The notes under the pieces: generated by a model
Told to the model about the DNA's origin: nothing
The model's input: the letters and a program-made list of their open reading frames with translations, nothing else
Databases searched by the model: none
Program-made: the position numbers and the translations under genes
NCBI GenBank assembly: GCA_964637555.1
Contig: CAZWTJ010000001.1
Span: 5,450-69,449, forward strand
Length of the DNA: 64,000 bases
Origin: an uncultured Dehalococcoidia bacterium
GTDB taxonomy: Bacteria; Chloroflexota; Dehalococcoidia; Lucifugimonadales; UBA6927
Direction: 5' to 3'
In this document: one piece after another, positions 1 to 9,540 of the stretch
Layout of the letters: each line of letters begins with the position of its first letter
Numbering within the stretch: position 1 is the first letter of the stretch

Positions 1-219
1 TCCATGAGGAGATCCAAATTCACCTTCACCCCAACTAGAAATGAAATTCCCATCGATATCCCATATGGTTATTGGATGAATCCCTCGACTAAAAATATAT
101 ATTTCATCCTTTGAATTAACCGCACCGTCAGAAGCAAGCCCAAATTTCCAATTTCTGGGTAAATCAGGCCAAGATTCTACGCGTTGATACCTATAATCTC
201 CGGATCCAAGAATTTCCAT
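1..219 (-). CDS. NHL-repeat / amidating-lyase-like beta-propeller protein, N-terminal 73 codons only (gene runs off the left edge)
   Basis: Hand translation of the reverse strand from ATG (complement of 217-219): MEILGSGDYRYQRVESWPDLPRNWKFGLASDGAVNSKDEIYIFSRGIHPITIWDIDGNFISSWGEGEFGSPHG. It stays open to position 1. A GAGGAG SD lies 8 nt upstream. The sequence pattern is typical of the first blades of this propeller family. Absent from the ORF track because it is truncated. Confidence 0.6.
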   Translation of the reverse strand, partial: MEILGSGDYRYQRVESWPDLPRNWKFGLASDGAVNSKDEIYIFSRGIHPITIWDIDGNFISSWGEGEFGSPHG

Positions 220-336
220 TGTAGTCTCTCCTCACTTTAAGATGGATGAGAAGATTCTATTCTGCCGATCAATGCACGTCAACACGTTAATTCCAAAAGG
301 TCAATCTGATACAAAACAAGTAGCTCTTTAATACTC

Positions 337-365
337 TTGCATGATTTTCAATACGGCTATATTAT
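337..365 (+). promoter_or_regulatory. Sigma-70-like promoter for tRNA-Pro
   Basis: TTGCAT (337-342), 17-nt spacer, TATTAT (360-365). The predicted start falls 7-9 nt downstream, at or just before the mature tRNA 5' end at 374. Confidence 0.45.
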
Positions 366-373
366 TAACTTAT

Positions 374-448
374 CGGGGTGTGGCGCAGCGGGAGCGCGCC
401 TGTTTTGGGAACAGGAGGTCGCCGGTTCAATCCCGGCCACCCCGACCA
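374..448 (+). tRNA. tRNA-Pro (anticodon UGG), CCA end encoded
   Basis: Cloverleaf folded by hand. Acceptor CGGGGTG/CACCCCG (7 bp), D stem GCGC/GCGC, anticodon stem CCTGT/ACAGG with loop TTTGGGA (anticodon TGG), variable loop AGGTC, T stem GCCGG/CCGGC with loop TTCAATC, discriminator A and CCA. Total 75 nt. Confidence 0.95.
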
Positions 449-473
449 CAAATACTTCCCAATAAACGTCCTA

Positions 474-2492
474 CTATTCAGAATTAACTTTGAACTTAGG
501 CTGCCTTAAAAGCCAATCTACTTCTTGAAATTCTACTGTGACATTATTCCCAGGCAAAATTGATTTGCTTAGTCTAATTCTCGTTTTAAATGGATAATCC
601 TCAAGTTCTAACAATGCATTTCTACCAGGACGGTTTTCCAAAACCACCGCTGAAAATATTGTATCTCCCTCATTACATTTTTGAACAAGGAATTTTGAGA
701 ACCAAAATTTAATTCTTTCTGCTTCTAATCTTGAAATTAATTTGAGTTGTTCAACTGATTTCAAAAAAATCAAACTCAATGAATCCAATGAATAAATGGG
801 TGCAGAATATTGTAAATGGTTAGTAACCTGCCTCTGCATTACCAAATCAGTATAACGTCTTAAAGGTGATGTCGACTGTATGTATCCGTGCAATCCAAGT
901 CCCCAATGATTGGAAATATTATTTGCACCCAAGACAGGTTCCAATTGCTTGAAAACTAAATAGTTTTTGTATGGACCATCAGTATATTTTTCAAATTTTT
1001 CAAATTTTTGCGGTTCAACTTGAGACCTATAAATTGCCGGTATAGCAAAATTGTGACAATATTGAGCCATCAAATGATTGTACAAAATCATAAATTCAGC
1101 CACTGACTCTCTAGATTTCAATGCCTTAGAAATTGTTACATCAATTCGATCATTTTCATCAAGTTTTATTTCCATCTCTCGACGTGATAAGTCCAATCCT
1201 CCATTTTTGATTCTTTTAAACTTTAATTTGCTCGCTATTAAATTGATAATTGAAATTTGCTTACTCCATTCCCCTCCCTTATCCTCCAGACAAGAATCTG
1301 CCTCCTCGTATGACATTGCAATCTTAGAATTGATCACACTTCGCACAATTTTCCAATTCAAAACTTCACCTCCTTTTGAAAAATCAATCAAAAGTGTGAG
1401 CGCTGGCCTATCACAACCTGGATTAAGTCCAGCAAAACTTTCTATAAGAAATTCAGGAACCATCCAAACTATCTTTTCAGGAAAATATATTGTAGACATT
1501 CTTTTTTGAGCCTCTAAATCCATAAAACCACCGAAGGATATTGCATCAGAAGCGTCAGCGATATGTATACCAATTTGAACTTGATCTGGGCATCCATCTT
1601 GGTCGGTTGAAATGGTTTTTACGGATATTGCATCATCCCTATCCATCGTATAAGCATTATCAATTGTTAAGACATCTAGACATCTTAAATCAACCCTTCC
1701 CGAATCACTCGTTGAGGAATGTCCATTCAGTAACTTGACTTCACCCATCACATCCTCAGAAAATTCAATCCGCACATTTTCCCGCTCTAGTTCGATGGGA
1801 TCATCCAATTTGAATTCACCAATTTTAAGTAATAAATCAAAGGCATTACGGCGCAAGTCTCCAGGGAATTTATATTTCTGTAAAAATTCTCTAGCCGCAG
1901 AACCATTCAAATCATTATCTCCCCTAATTACATAATCCCTGATATAAGCTAGAAGTCTTTTTTGGTAATCAGTCAAGTGAGAAAATGGGCGTAACCCCTT
2001 TAAAATTTCTGAAAACTCCAATTCTTCTGTAGCTAGTTTTCGTTCATCTCGAATTCTTTTTTCTAGTTGAGTGACTTTCTCATCTTCACGCGGATAATAC
2101 CCATTCTCCAAGGAATCAAAATATATTGATTCTTTACTCTCAAGAACCATACTCAAAGCTGCTAATCTTTGAGGAGTCAGTTTATCATTCCAAATAATTG
2201 AAGTAAGTTTTTGTATTGTGAATGTTTCACCACTCTTTTTTACATTCTGCCAAAGAGATTTAATATCAATCGCAGAAACAATTTCAGATGTTTCCTCACG
2301 GAATTTTAATATCTCAGAAAAATCATCTACAAAAATTCCTGTCCTAAACAGAATACGACTTGAGGGTAATTTAGCATGCTTATTTCTTCGAAGAAGTACT
2401 TTGACCACACGGAGATCTTCAGGGCCAGTCCTCATGACTATACTAGCCCCTCCACTCAGTTTTGCGACAACAATTTCTTTATCCTTGACCAT
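474..2492 (-). CDS. rnr: Ribonuclease R / RNase II family 3'-5' exoribonuclease
   Basis: 672-aa ORF with RNB-domain signatures in the translation (DRDDAISV; HWGLGLHGYIQSTSPLRRYTDL). Lies 25 nt downstream of the MscS-family gene on the same strand. Confidence 0.85.
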   Translation of the reverse strand: MVKDKEIVVAKLSGGASIVMRTGPEDLRVVKVLLRRNKHAKLPSSRILFRTGIFVDDFSEILKFREETSEIVSAIDIKSLWQNVKKSGETFTIQKLTSIIWNDKLTPQRLAALSMVLESKESIYFDSLENGYYPREDEKVTQLEKRIRDERKLATEELEFSEILKGLRPFSHLTDYQKRLLAYIRDYVIRGDNDLNGSAAREFLQKYKFPGDLRRNAFDLLLKIGEFKLDDPIELERENVRIEFSEDVMGEVKLLNGHSSTSDSGRVDLRCLDVLTIDNAYTMDRDDAISVKTISTDQDGCPDQVQIGIHIADASDAISFGGFMDLEAQKRMSTIYFPEKIVWMVPEFLIESFAGLNPGCDRPALTLLIDFSKGGEVLNWKIVRSVINSKIAMSYEEADSCLEDKGGEWSKQISIINLIASKLKFKRIKNGGLDLSRREMEIKLDENDRIDVTISKALKSRESVAEFMILYNHLMAQYCHNFAIPAIYRSQVEPQKFEKFEKYTDGPYKNYLVFKQLEPVLGANNISNHWGLGLHGYIQSTSPLRRYTDLVMQRQVTNHLQYSAPIYSLDSLSLIFLKSVEQLKLISRLEAERIKFWFSKFLVQKCNEGDTIFSAVVLENRPGRNALLELEDYPFKTRIRLSKSILPGNNVTVEFQEVDWLLRQPKFKVNSE

Positions 2493-2517
2493 GATTGTTC
2501 AATCCCAAAACCATAAG

Positions 2518-3651
2518 CTATCCCTGCAAATTTAATAATTCGCTTTTAATATTTTCTGGAAACTGCAATGTTCGAACAGGATAATTAATTGTAATCCCTT
2601 CCAAAATAAATCTGGCATGAATGGCTTTTATAATTTCAGAAGTTAACGCAAAACTACCTAAACGATCAGTGGCTTGCATGAAAACCCAGAATGAAATATT
2701 TGAATCATCAAAGCTGTCAAATCCGAATCTGGGATCTTGGTCTTTAATTGCCGATTCACTCTCATCTTGAACTCTCTTGCATTCTTCAAGGGTCACCCTC
2801 TCTACCTTTTCTAAATCAGAATCATAACTGACCCCACAAGTAACCCTAACGTTTAAAGCAGGAGAAGGACTATAATAATTTAAAATCACGCTATTAGAGA
2901 TTGTAGAATTAGGAACAATTAAAAGATTATTTAAAATACTTCTAAGTTTCGTGCTTCGCCATCCAATTTCTATTACAAAACCGGCTGTTCCGTCCGCCAG
3001 CTCTATATAATCCCCTATCTTTAGCTGACTTTCAGTCATCACATATGTTCCGGCAAGAAAATTAGTTAGAGATGGTTGAACCGCCAAAGCAACTGCTAAC
3101 CCAGCAATTCCAAGACCTGCCAAAAGAGGACTAATAGAAATCCCTATACTTTCAAGCAACACCAAAATCCCAATTGAGTAAATAACAACTGGGGTAAGTC
3201 TCATTAGAGGTCGAATAAGTTGATCATCTAGAGTCGTCTCAGTTTTTTCTGCAATATTTTCTAAATACCACTTCAAAAAAACTCCTATGACTCTAACCAT
3301 CGAATGTGAAATTAAAATAATGCTTAGCATTAATAAAAGAGTCTTTATAAGACCTGAAAAATCATAAACAACCTGAGCAAGTTGGCTCTCAAAATTTCCA
3401 ACCATAGTCAAAGAGAACGACAATCCAATCAACAAAATCAACATAAAGATGGACTTACGAACTGAATTCAATATCTCTGAAAGAACGCTGTGGGGATTCC
3501 CAGAGGATAATCGAGATGCAACATGTTTCAAAATCATGAAAACGATTAAGGCTACGAGAACCGAAACCAAGAAAAAAGATAGGAAAAATATTCCGCCAAG
3601 AATACTTGATTCTAGAAAATCATCCGGAAGAAAAGTCAAATTAAGATCCAT
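2518..3651 (-). CDS. Mechanosensitive ion channel (MscS) family protein
   Basis: 377 aa. Several N-terminal hydrophobic helices are followed by the MscS beta-domain pattern (IKIGDYIELADGTAGFVIEIGWRSTKLR). GGAG SD 5 nt before the ATG. Confidence 0.8.
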   Translation of the reverse strand: MDLNLTFLPDDFLESSILGGIFFLSFFLVSVLVALIVFMILKHVASRLSSGNPHSVLSEILNSVRKSIFMLILLIGLSFSLTMVGNFESQLAQVVYDFSGLIKTLLLMLSIILISHSMVRVIGVFLKWYLENIAEKTETTLDDQLIRPLMRLTPVVIYSIGILVLLESIGISISPLLAGLGIAGLAVALAVQPSLTNFLAGTYVMTESQLKIGDYIELADGTAGFVIEIGWRSTKLRSILNNLLIVPNSTISNSVILNYYSPSPALNVRVTCGVSYDSDLEKVERVTLEECKRVQDESESAIKDQDPRFGFDSFDDSNISFWVFMQATDRLGSFALTSEIIKAIHARFILEGITINYPVRTLQFPENIKSELLNLQG

Positions 3652-3860
3652 CAGAGCTCCACTAAATTAATCGTTGATTCTAAACATTCTTAACATCAAC
3701 AAAGACTACACTACGCTTCATAGGATATTTTGATTATTTCTCTAGGTCAAATATTAGCATCAGATTAATCTAAGTCAGTAGTAGGAAAAAAACTGGGAAT
3801 TCCGTATTTACAGTAGAAAATTTTAGAATACTCGTCCAAATTACAAAAACTAATGCGTTC

Positions 3861-3889
3861 TTGACCACAAATGTATGCAAATCTATAAT
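3861..3889 (+). promoter_or_regulatory. Sigma-70-like promoter for pheST
   Basis: TTGACC (3861-3866), 17-nt spacer, TATAAT (3884-3889). This leaves a leader of about 30 nt with an AGAGGA SD before the pheS ATG. Confidence 0.5.
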
Positions 3890-3924
3890 CTATTAGTGCA
3901 TTAGTTGCACATTTAGAGGAAATA

Positions 3925-4983
3925 ATGACCAGTTCAGACCTAAAAAATTTAACTGATAAAGCAATGGACTCACTAAAATCAGTCTCATCCACTGAAGAAG
4001 CGGAACAGTGGAGAGTCACTTGGATTGGAAGAAACGGTAAAATTACCGATATTCTTCGCGGCATTGGGAAAATTCCAAAAGAAGAACGTCGATCAATTGG
4101 AATGTTAGCAAACAAAACCAAATTGTTACTTGAAGATTCTCTAAACTCTCAGTTGGAATCAATCAAATTGTCCCAACAAGATGTCAATCCTTCAAAACCT
4201 TCATTTGATGTAACTTTGCCAGGCAGAAATTTGCCCTCAGGAGGATTGCATCCAGTCACTCAAATGGTCAGAACCATTTCCAAAATTTTCCAAAACATGG
4301 GCTTTGAAATTGCTGAGGGACCCGAAATTGAATTAGACAAATATAATTTCGAGATGCTCAACATACCACAAGGGCACCCTGCACGTGACATGTGGAATAC
4401 CCTATGGATTGATTATGTTAATCAAGATGGTAATTACCCTATGCTTCTACGGACTCATACATCTCCGATGCAAGCAAGGTATATGGAGTACTCCCAACCG
4501 CCAATAAGAGTTTTAGTCCCAGGAAAATGTTATAGATATGAAGCAACCGATGCTACACACGAATGGCATTTTCAACAAATCGAAGGGCTTGTAGTGGATA
4601 AAGGGATCACTTTTGCTCACCTGAAAGGCACTCTTTATGAATTTGCGAGACTAGTCTTCGGAGAAAACCGTCAGATCAGATTTAGGTGCGATTATTTCCC
4701 TTTCGTTGAACCTGGAGTAGACATGTCCATTGATTGTTTTATTTGCGATGGCCAAGGGTGCAGGATATGTTCCGATACCGGATGGATCGAAATTATGGGG
4801 GCTGGAATGGTCCACCCAAACGTTCTAGAAGGTGTTGGGTATGACTCCAATGTTTACAATGGTTTCGCATTCGGAATGGGACCAGAACGAATTGCGATGT
4901 TGAAATATGGAATAGATGATATACGTCATTTTTACTCAAATGATCTAAGGTTTTTGAAGCAATTTAGCAACAAATATTCTTAA
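3925..4983 (+). CDS. pheS: Phenylalanine--tRNA ligase alpha subunit
   Basis: 352 aa with class-II motifs (HPARDMWNT; FRCDYFPFVEPG; GAGMVHPNVL; FAFGMGPERIAMLKYGI). Confidence 0.97.
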   Translation: MTSSDLKNLTDKAMDSLKSVSSTEEAEQWRVTWIGRNGKITDILRGIGKIPKEERRSIGMLANKTKLLLEDSLNSQLESIKLSQQDVNPSKPSFDVTLPGRNLPSGGLHPVTQMVRTISKIFQNMGFEIAEGPEIELDKYNFEMLNIPQGHPARDMWNTLWIDYVNQDGNYPMLLRTHTSPMQARYMEYSQPPIRVLVPGKCYRYEATDATHEWHFQQIEGLVVDKGITFAHLKGTLYEFARLVFGENRQIRFRCDYFPFVEPGVDMSIDCFICDGQGCRICSDTGWIEIMGAGMVHPNVLEGVGYDSNVYNGFAFGMGPERIAMLKYGIDDIRHFYSNDLRFLKQFSNKYS

Positions 4984-4994
4984 ACGAGACAATC

Positions 4995-7523
4995 ATGAAA
5001 CTCCCAATCTCTTGGATTAAAAAATATATCGATCTCACGTTGACACCTGATGAACTAGCTCATCAGTTAACGATGGTGGGAATAGAAGTCGCTGAAATTA
5101 ATGAAATTGGTGCAAACTGGGATGAAGAGACCTTAACCGTAGGACTAATTAAATCCATAGAACCTCATCCCAATGCTGACAGATTAAATTTGGTTTTAGT
5201 TTCATTGTCAGGAACTGAAACCCAAAAGGTAGTATGTGGTGCCCCAAACGTAGAAGTCGGTCAAAAAATAATTTTTGCAAAAGAGGGAGCTAGGTTATTC
5301 AATGCCAGGAACCAAAAAGTTGAACCTCTAAAAGCAGCTAAAATCCGTGGTGTAGAATCTAGCGGGATGGTGTGTTCTGAACTAGAACTTCAACTAAGTA
5401 ACGAACATGAAGGCATTTTAGTACTACCCGAATCTACACCTGTAGGAGTATCCGCTAAGGAAATTTTGGCTGACACAATACTGGACATAGAAATCACTCC
5501 AAATAGACCTGATTGCTTATCCGTATTGGGAATCGTACACGAAATTGCCGCAATCACTAAAACTACATTCAACAAGCCCGAATTAGGTTATCCATCTGAC
5601 GGCTTACCAATTACCCAGCTAGCATCTGTCAAAATAGAAAATCCAGAATTTTGCAACAGATACACTGGCAATGTAATCAATAATGTCAAAATTGATGAAT
5701 CCCCAAAGTGGATTCAAGATGCACTAAGCAAATCTGGCCAGCGCCCCATCAACAATATTGTGGATATAACTAACTTCGTAATGTTGGAATACGGCCAACC
5801 TCTACATGCTTTCGACATGGACAAAATTTCTGGAAACAATATTTTTGTTCGAACAGCTAAAACTGATGAAACTATCACAACTCTCGATGGAGAAACTCGA
5901 AAATTAAATTCTCAAATGCTAACCATATCTGATGAATCTGGACCTATTGGACTTGCGGGAATTATTGGAGGAACACGGGCAGAAATTGACTCCACTACAA
6001 AAAATATCTTTTTAGAATCTGCCAACTTCGATGCGGGCAATATAAGAACAACCCGTACTCATTTGAAAATTAGTACTGAAGCATCCTACAGATTCGAACG
6101 AAACATCAGAGCCGAAATTACCTCATTTGCATTGAAAAAGGCAACACAAATGATTTTAGAAATTTGTGGTGGCGTTTCCGCCAAAGGGATTATTGATCAA
6201 AACTATTCTAAAAAATCCATTTCTCCAATTAGTATTAATAGAAACAAGATCAAAAATCTTATTGGCAAAGAATATTCTGGTGATTCAATAACTTCTGTCT
6301 TGAATTCATTGGGATTCGAAAAGTCAGACCCTCCTACTGGCCTTCTAAACACTTTGGAAACTATCGAGGCAAAATCTATTCCTGAACGGGAAGAAACGAT
6401 TTGGTTTACTCCTCCTTATTGGAGATCTGACATTTCAATCGAAGAAGATTTAATAGAAGAAATAGTGCGAATTTCAGGTTATGAAGAAGTTCCCACTGAG
6501 ATGCTTTCTTCTCAAATACCTCATCAACATCAAAACGTCAAATACGATGTGAGAGAAGAGATCAAGGATCTGTTAGTATCTGCTGGAATGCAAGAGATTA
6601 TTTCATACCCGCTGATTAGCCAGTCTGCAATAGAAAAATTAGGTGGAGTTACCAAGGAAAATCCTCTGAAAGTGGCAAACCAAATGAGCTCAGAATTTGT
6701 ATTCGCTAGACCCACATTACGCGCTAGCATACTGCAAACCCTCTCATATAATCAGCAATCATCTGGAGAACAAAGTTTAAAATTATTTGAAGTTGGTAGA
6801 GTATTTCTGCCAACCGAAACCTCAGCTTCTGAAACACCATTGCCTAACGAGATTGAAATGGTTGCAGGTATTTTATCTGGTACAAGAAATGAAATTTCTT
6901 GGATTCAATCTCCAAAAACCTTAGATTTTTTTGACGGGAAAGGCATTTTAGAAAATGTATTCTCGAATTTGGGGATTCAACCTACTTATCACTTAATTAA
7001 TACTAGTGATCATAAAATTGAATCAGAGCCATTAAACACAGCACGAAATATTCTCGATATTTCTTCTTCAGCATACATCATGGCTGAATCCAATATATTG
7101 GGTGTATTAGGAGAAATTGACCAACACACTTTGGAGTCATTTGATTTAGATAAAAGTTCTGGTGCAATATTTTTTGAACTTGATCTGAATTCAATCGTTT
7201 CATGTATCTCAAATTCCAAAAACAACTACGTTCCAATAAGTAAATTCCCTGAAGCTTACAGAGATATTGCCATAGTAGTAAATGAAGATATTTTGTCTTC
7301 AACCATTCAAAATATAATTCACAATCATAAACTTGTAATCAATTCAGTTCCATTTGATCTCTATTCTGGTAAAGGAGTGGAACTTGGTAGAAAATCAATC
7401 GCTTTCCGAGTCACTTTCCAATCTCCACAAAACACTTTGACTTCCAAACAAGTTGACAAAGCCATGAAAACAATACTAAAACAATTGCACCAAGAATTAG
7501 CTGCAGAGTTAAGAGAAATATAA
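4995..7523 (+). CDS. pheT: Phenylalanine--tRNA ligase beta subunit
   Basis: 842 aa. N-terminal tRNA-binding domain (HPNADRL...VVCGAPN), B3/4 and B5 regions, and a C-terminal anticodon-binding-like domain. Starts 11 nt after pheS. Confidence 0.95.
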   Translation: MKLPISWIKKYIDLTLTPDELAHQLTMVGIEVAEINEIGANWDEETLTVGLIKSIEPHPNADRLNLVLVSLSGTETQKVVCGAPNVEVGQKIIFAKEGARLFNARNQKVEPLKAAKIRGVESSGMVCSELELQLSNEHEGILVLPESTPVGVSAKEILADTILDIEITPNRPDCLSVLGIVHEIAAITKTTFNKPELGYPSDGLPITQLASVKIENPEFCNRYTGNVINNVKIDESPKWIQDALSKSGQRPINNIVDITNFVMLEYGQPLHAFDMDKISGNNIFVRTAKTDETITTLDGETRKLNSQMLTISDESGPIGLAGIIGGTRAEIDSTTKNIFLESANFDAGNIRTTRTHLKISTEASYRFERNIRAEITSFALKKATQMILEICGGVSAKGIIDQNYSKKSISPISINRNKIKNLIGKEYSGDSITSVLNSLGFEKSDPPTGLLNTLETIEAKSIPEREETIWFTPPYWRSDISIEEDLIEEIVRISGYEEVPTEMLSSQIPHQHQNVKYDVREEIKDLLVSAGMQEIISYPLISQSAIEKLGGVTKENPLKVANQMSSEFVFARPTLRASILQTLSYNQQSSGEQSLKLFEVGRVFLPTETSASETPLPNEIEMVAGILSGTRNEISWIQSPKTLDFFDGKGILENVFSNLGIQPTYHLINTSDHKIESEPLNTARNILDISSSAYIMAESNILGVLGEIDQHTLESFDLDKSSGAIFFELDLNSIVSCISNSKNNYVPISKFPEAYRDIAIVVNEDILSSTIQNIIHNHKLVINSVPFDLYSGKGVELGRKSIAFRVTFQSPQNTLTSKQVDKAMKTILKQLHQELAAELREI

Positions 7524-7618
7524 CATCATTTTTAGTTAGTTATGGTGGTGTATAATTAACTAAACTATTTCGAGGCAATTTCACCATTCACGCTCACAAA
7601 CATCTTTTAAACGAAAAC

Positions 7619-8881
7619 ATGCTAAGCGTTGAAGAAGCTTTGGATAGAATCCTGGCTCGTTTCGATGTGTTAAGCAGTGAAACCGTTGGTATCCTAGACT
7701 CACTGGGACAGGTTTTGTCTGAAGATATTTTCTCTTCAATTAATGTCCCTCCTGTAGATAATTCCGCAATGGATGGCTATGCTCTAAAATCAAAAGATAC
7801 CGCAGGGTCTTCAAAACAAAACCCCGTGATACTAAAAGTTTGTGGATCCGTAAGTGCAGGAGAATCTTTTACAAATTCGATTGCTTCTGGACAAGCGGTG
7901 CGTATTATGACGGGAGCACCCATACCTGACGGGGCAAATGCAGTAATACCTTTTGAAGAAACTGATGAAGAGTCTAGACTACAATCAAACTCTTTCACCA
8001 ATGAAATTGGAGTGCTTACACAAGTTGAAGCTGGATCAGACGTTAGACCTGCCGGACAAGACATTAAAAATGGTCAACTTGTCCTAAAATCCGGGAAAGA
8101 GCTCCGGCCAGCTGAAATAGGAGTTCTCGCAAGTTTGGGATTGTCTGAAATTTCAGTAACAAGAAAACCGAAAGTGGCTATTCTATCCACTGGAAATGAA
8201 TTGATTAAACCAGGTTCGGAAATTACTCCGAATAAGATTTACGATAGCAACTCATATTCTGTCTCTTCGGCAGCTTTGAAATGCGGAGCAATTACCAAAA
8301 TTTTAGAAATAGGCAAAGATAATTTCGATTCATTAACTTCCATCCTAGACTCAATAGATGACTTTGACTTTTTAATCACTTCTGCAGGAGTTTCAAAGGG
8401 AGACTACGATATAGTTAAGGATGTCTTGAAAAATCACGGGCAAATAGACTTTTGGTCCGTGAGAATGAGACCTGCGAAACCTCTCGCGTTCGGAACATTT
8501 GTAACTCAAAAAGGGAAATCAATCCCTCACCTAGGTCTCCCAGGAAATCCTGTAAGCGCACTTGTAGCATTCGAACAATTTGGACGCCCCTCAATTCGCA
8601 AGATGATGGGGAAGAGTTTTAAACGTAGACCAAGCATACGTGCAGTTCTGGAAGATCCAATATACAATGGTGATGGTAGAAGAGTCTTTGCGAGAGTAAT
8701 CGTGACAAAAAAGGATCAACATTACAAAGCCAAACTGACTGGTCACCAAAATTCAAATCTTTTAACAAGCATGGCTTATGCAAATGGACTAGCCATATGT
8801 CCCGAAAATGAAAAAATCAAAAAGGCTGGCGAAACCGTAGAAGTACAAATGATTGATTGGCCGGAGGAAACAACTTTATGA
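7619..8881 (+). CDS. moeA: Molybdopterin molybdenumtransferase MoeA
   Basis: 420 aa with MoeA motifs (NSAMDGYA, IMTGAPIP, SAGVSKGDYD, LPGNPVSA). Confidence 0.9.
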   Translation: MLSVEEALDRILARFDVLSSETVGILDSLGQVLSEDIFSSINVPPVDNSAMDGYALKSKDTAGSSKQNPVILKVCGSVSAGESFTNSIASGQAVRIMTGAPIPDGANAVIPFEETDEESRLQSNSFTNEIGVLTQVEAGSDVRPAGQDIKNGQLVLKSGKELRPAEIGVLASLGLSEISVTRKPKVAILSTGNELIKPGSEITPNKIYDSNSYSVSSAALKCGAITKILEIGKDNFDSLTSILDSIDDFDFLITSAGVSKGDYDIVKDVLKNHGQIDFWSVRMRPAKPLAFGTFVTQKGKSIPHLGLPGNPVSALVAFEQFGRPSIRKMMGKSFKRRPSIRAVLEDPIYNGDGRRVFARVIVTKKDQHYKAKLTGHQNSNLLTSMAYANGLAICPENEKIKKAGETVEVQMIDWPEETTL

Positions 8882-9288
8882 CCACTAACAAAGAACAAAC
8901 AAAAGCCGCACGCTATCAGGTCTCTACCTCATTAGCAAATGAACAAAACAGATCTCTTCCAACTCTTTTAACTAGTAGGCTAGACTACGTTACACAGGGA
9001 GGGGTAGATCAAAATCCATCCGCCGATTCTGATATTGCACCTATTTTAGATTTACTGGCAAATGTTTCAAGCACTAAAGACGACTATCTCCTGCCAGATA
9101 CTCCTTTGAAAGAAGCAATATTTAGAGTTATTCTTGCAAATAAGAACAAACCTATGTCAGCTAATGAAATCAGTGAACAATTATCTAATAGGTGGTCCGA
9201 ATCCACAAACTCCAGAAACATATCTGCAAATGTAATTGAAAGACTACTTACCAATAGTCAAACATATTGCATTAGCGCAACCAATTAG
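8878..9288 (+). CDS. Hypothetical protein, translationally coupled to moeA
   Basis: The track ORF opens at 8857. I prefer ATG 8878 (MTTNKEQ...), which overlaps the moeA stop as TTATGA and has a GGAGGA SD at 8863-8868. No family recognised. The C-terminal half (LKEAIFRVILANKNKPMSANEISEQL) looks helix-turn-helix-like. Confidence 0.55.
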   Translation: MTTNKEQTKAARYQVSTSLANEQNRSLPTLLTSRLDYVTQGGVDQNPSADSDIAPILDLLANVSSTKDDYLLPDTPLKEAIFRVILANKNKPMSANEISEQLSNRWSESTNSRNISANVIERLLTNSQTYCISATN

Positions 9289-9313
9289 ACACGTAGGGAT
9301 ACCAGCAACCAGG

Positions 9314-9469
9314 TTAGAAAATTTCTTCGTCTGTTCTAGATTTTCTGCGCTTCTTGATTACTTCAGGCTCGACTGGGGCAAATTCAGAAACAGATAACCC
9401 AACTTGTTTTTTTGCGGAATTTTTCTTAGCTTTTTTGGATTCCCGCCTGGGAACTGATCCTTTAGGCAT
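9314..9469 (-). CDS. Small basic protein, 51 aa (below the ORF-track size cutoff)
   Basis: Hand translation: MPKGSVPRRESKKAKKNSAKKQVGLSVSEFAPVEPEVIKKRRKSRTDEEIF. An AGAGAGGTGA SD has its GAGG core 6 nt before the ATG (complement of 9467-9469). Stop is TAA (complement of 9314-9316). It occupies an otherwise empty 300-nt gap. Confidence 0.5.
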   Translation of the reverse strand: MPKGSVPRRESKKAKKNSAKKQVGLSVSEFAPVEPEVIKKRRKSRTDEEIF

Positions 9470-9540
9470 GAATCACCTCTCTAAAAATGATTGATTTCAA
9501 TAATTAGATTCTAAAACACACCAAAAAAATCTGCAATCTT

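Noticed and set aside
374-448. tRNA-Pro as an integration hotspot marking a genomic island.
   Set aside because: There is no integrase, recombinase or mobile gene nearby. By eye I saw no second copy of the GC-rich tRNA 3' half elsewhere in the window. The flanks are housekeeping genes.
1078-1509. Long antisense ORFs opposite well-supported genes. Examples: 1078-1509 (143 aa, in rnr), 45008-45358 (in mutS2), 50485-50874 (in the TPR gene), 52769-53125 (in trpA), 53711-54109 (in ribF), 32804-33139 (in gltB), 36636-36965 (in gltD) and 63285-63650 (in plsX).
   Set aside because: All lie fully inside genes with clear family motifs. Their translations are Ser/Leu/Ile-rich nonsense without motifs, and no SD precedes them. 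They are typical shadow frames of coding DNA.
3765-4121. A 118-aa minus-strand ORF spanning the mscS-pheS spacer and the pheS 5' end.
   Set aside because: It overlaps the pheS promoter, SD and first 65 codons. It has no SD and a low-complexity translation. The spacer is better explained by divergent promoters.
7533-7562. A hairpin, TAGTTAGTTA-loop-TAATTAACTA, after pheT as a terminator.
   Set aside because: The stem is entirely A/T with one mismatch and a 10-nt loop, and no T-tract follows. It is too weak to call.
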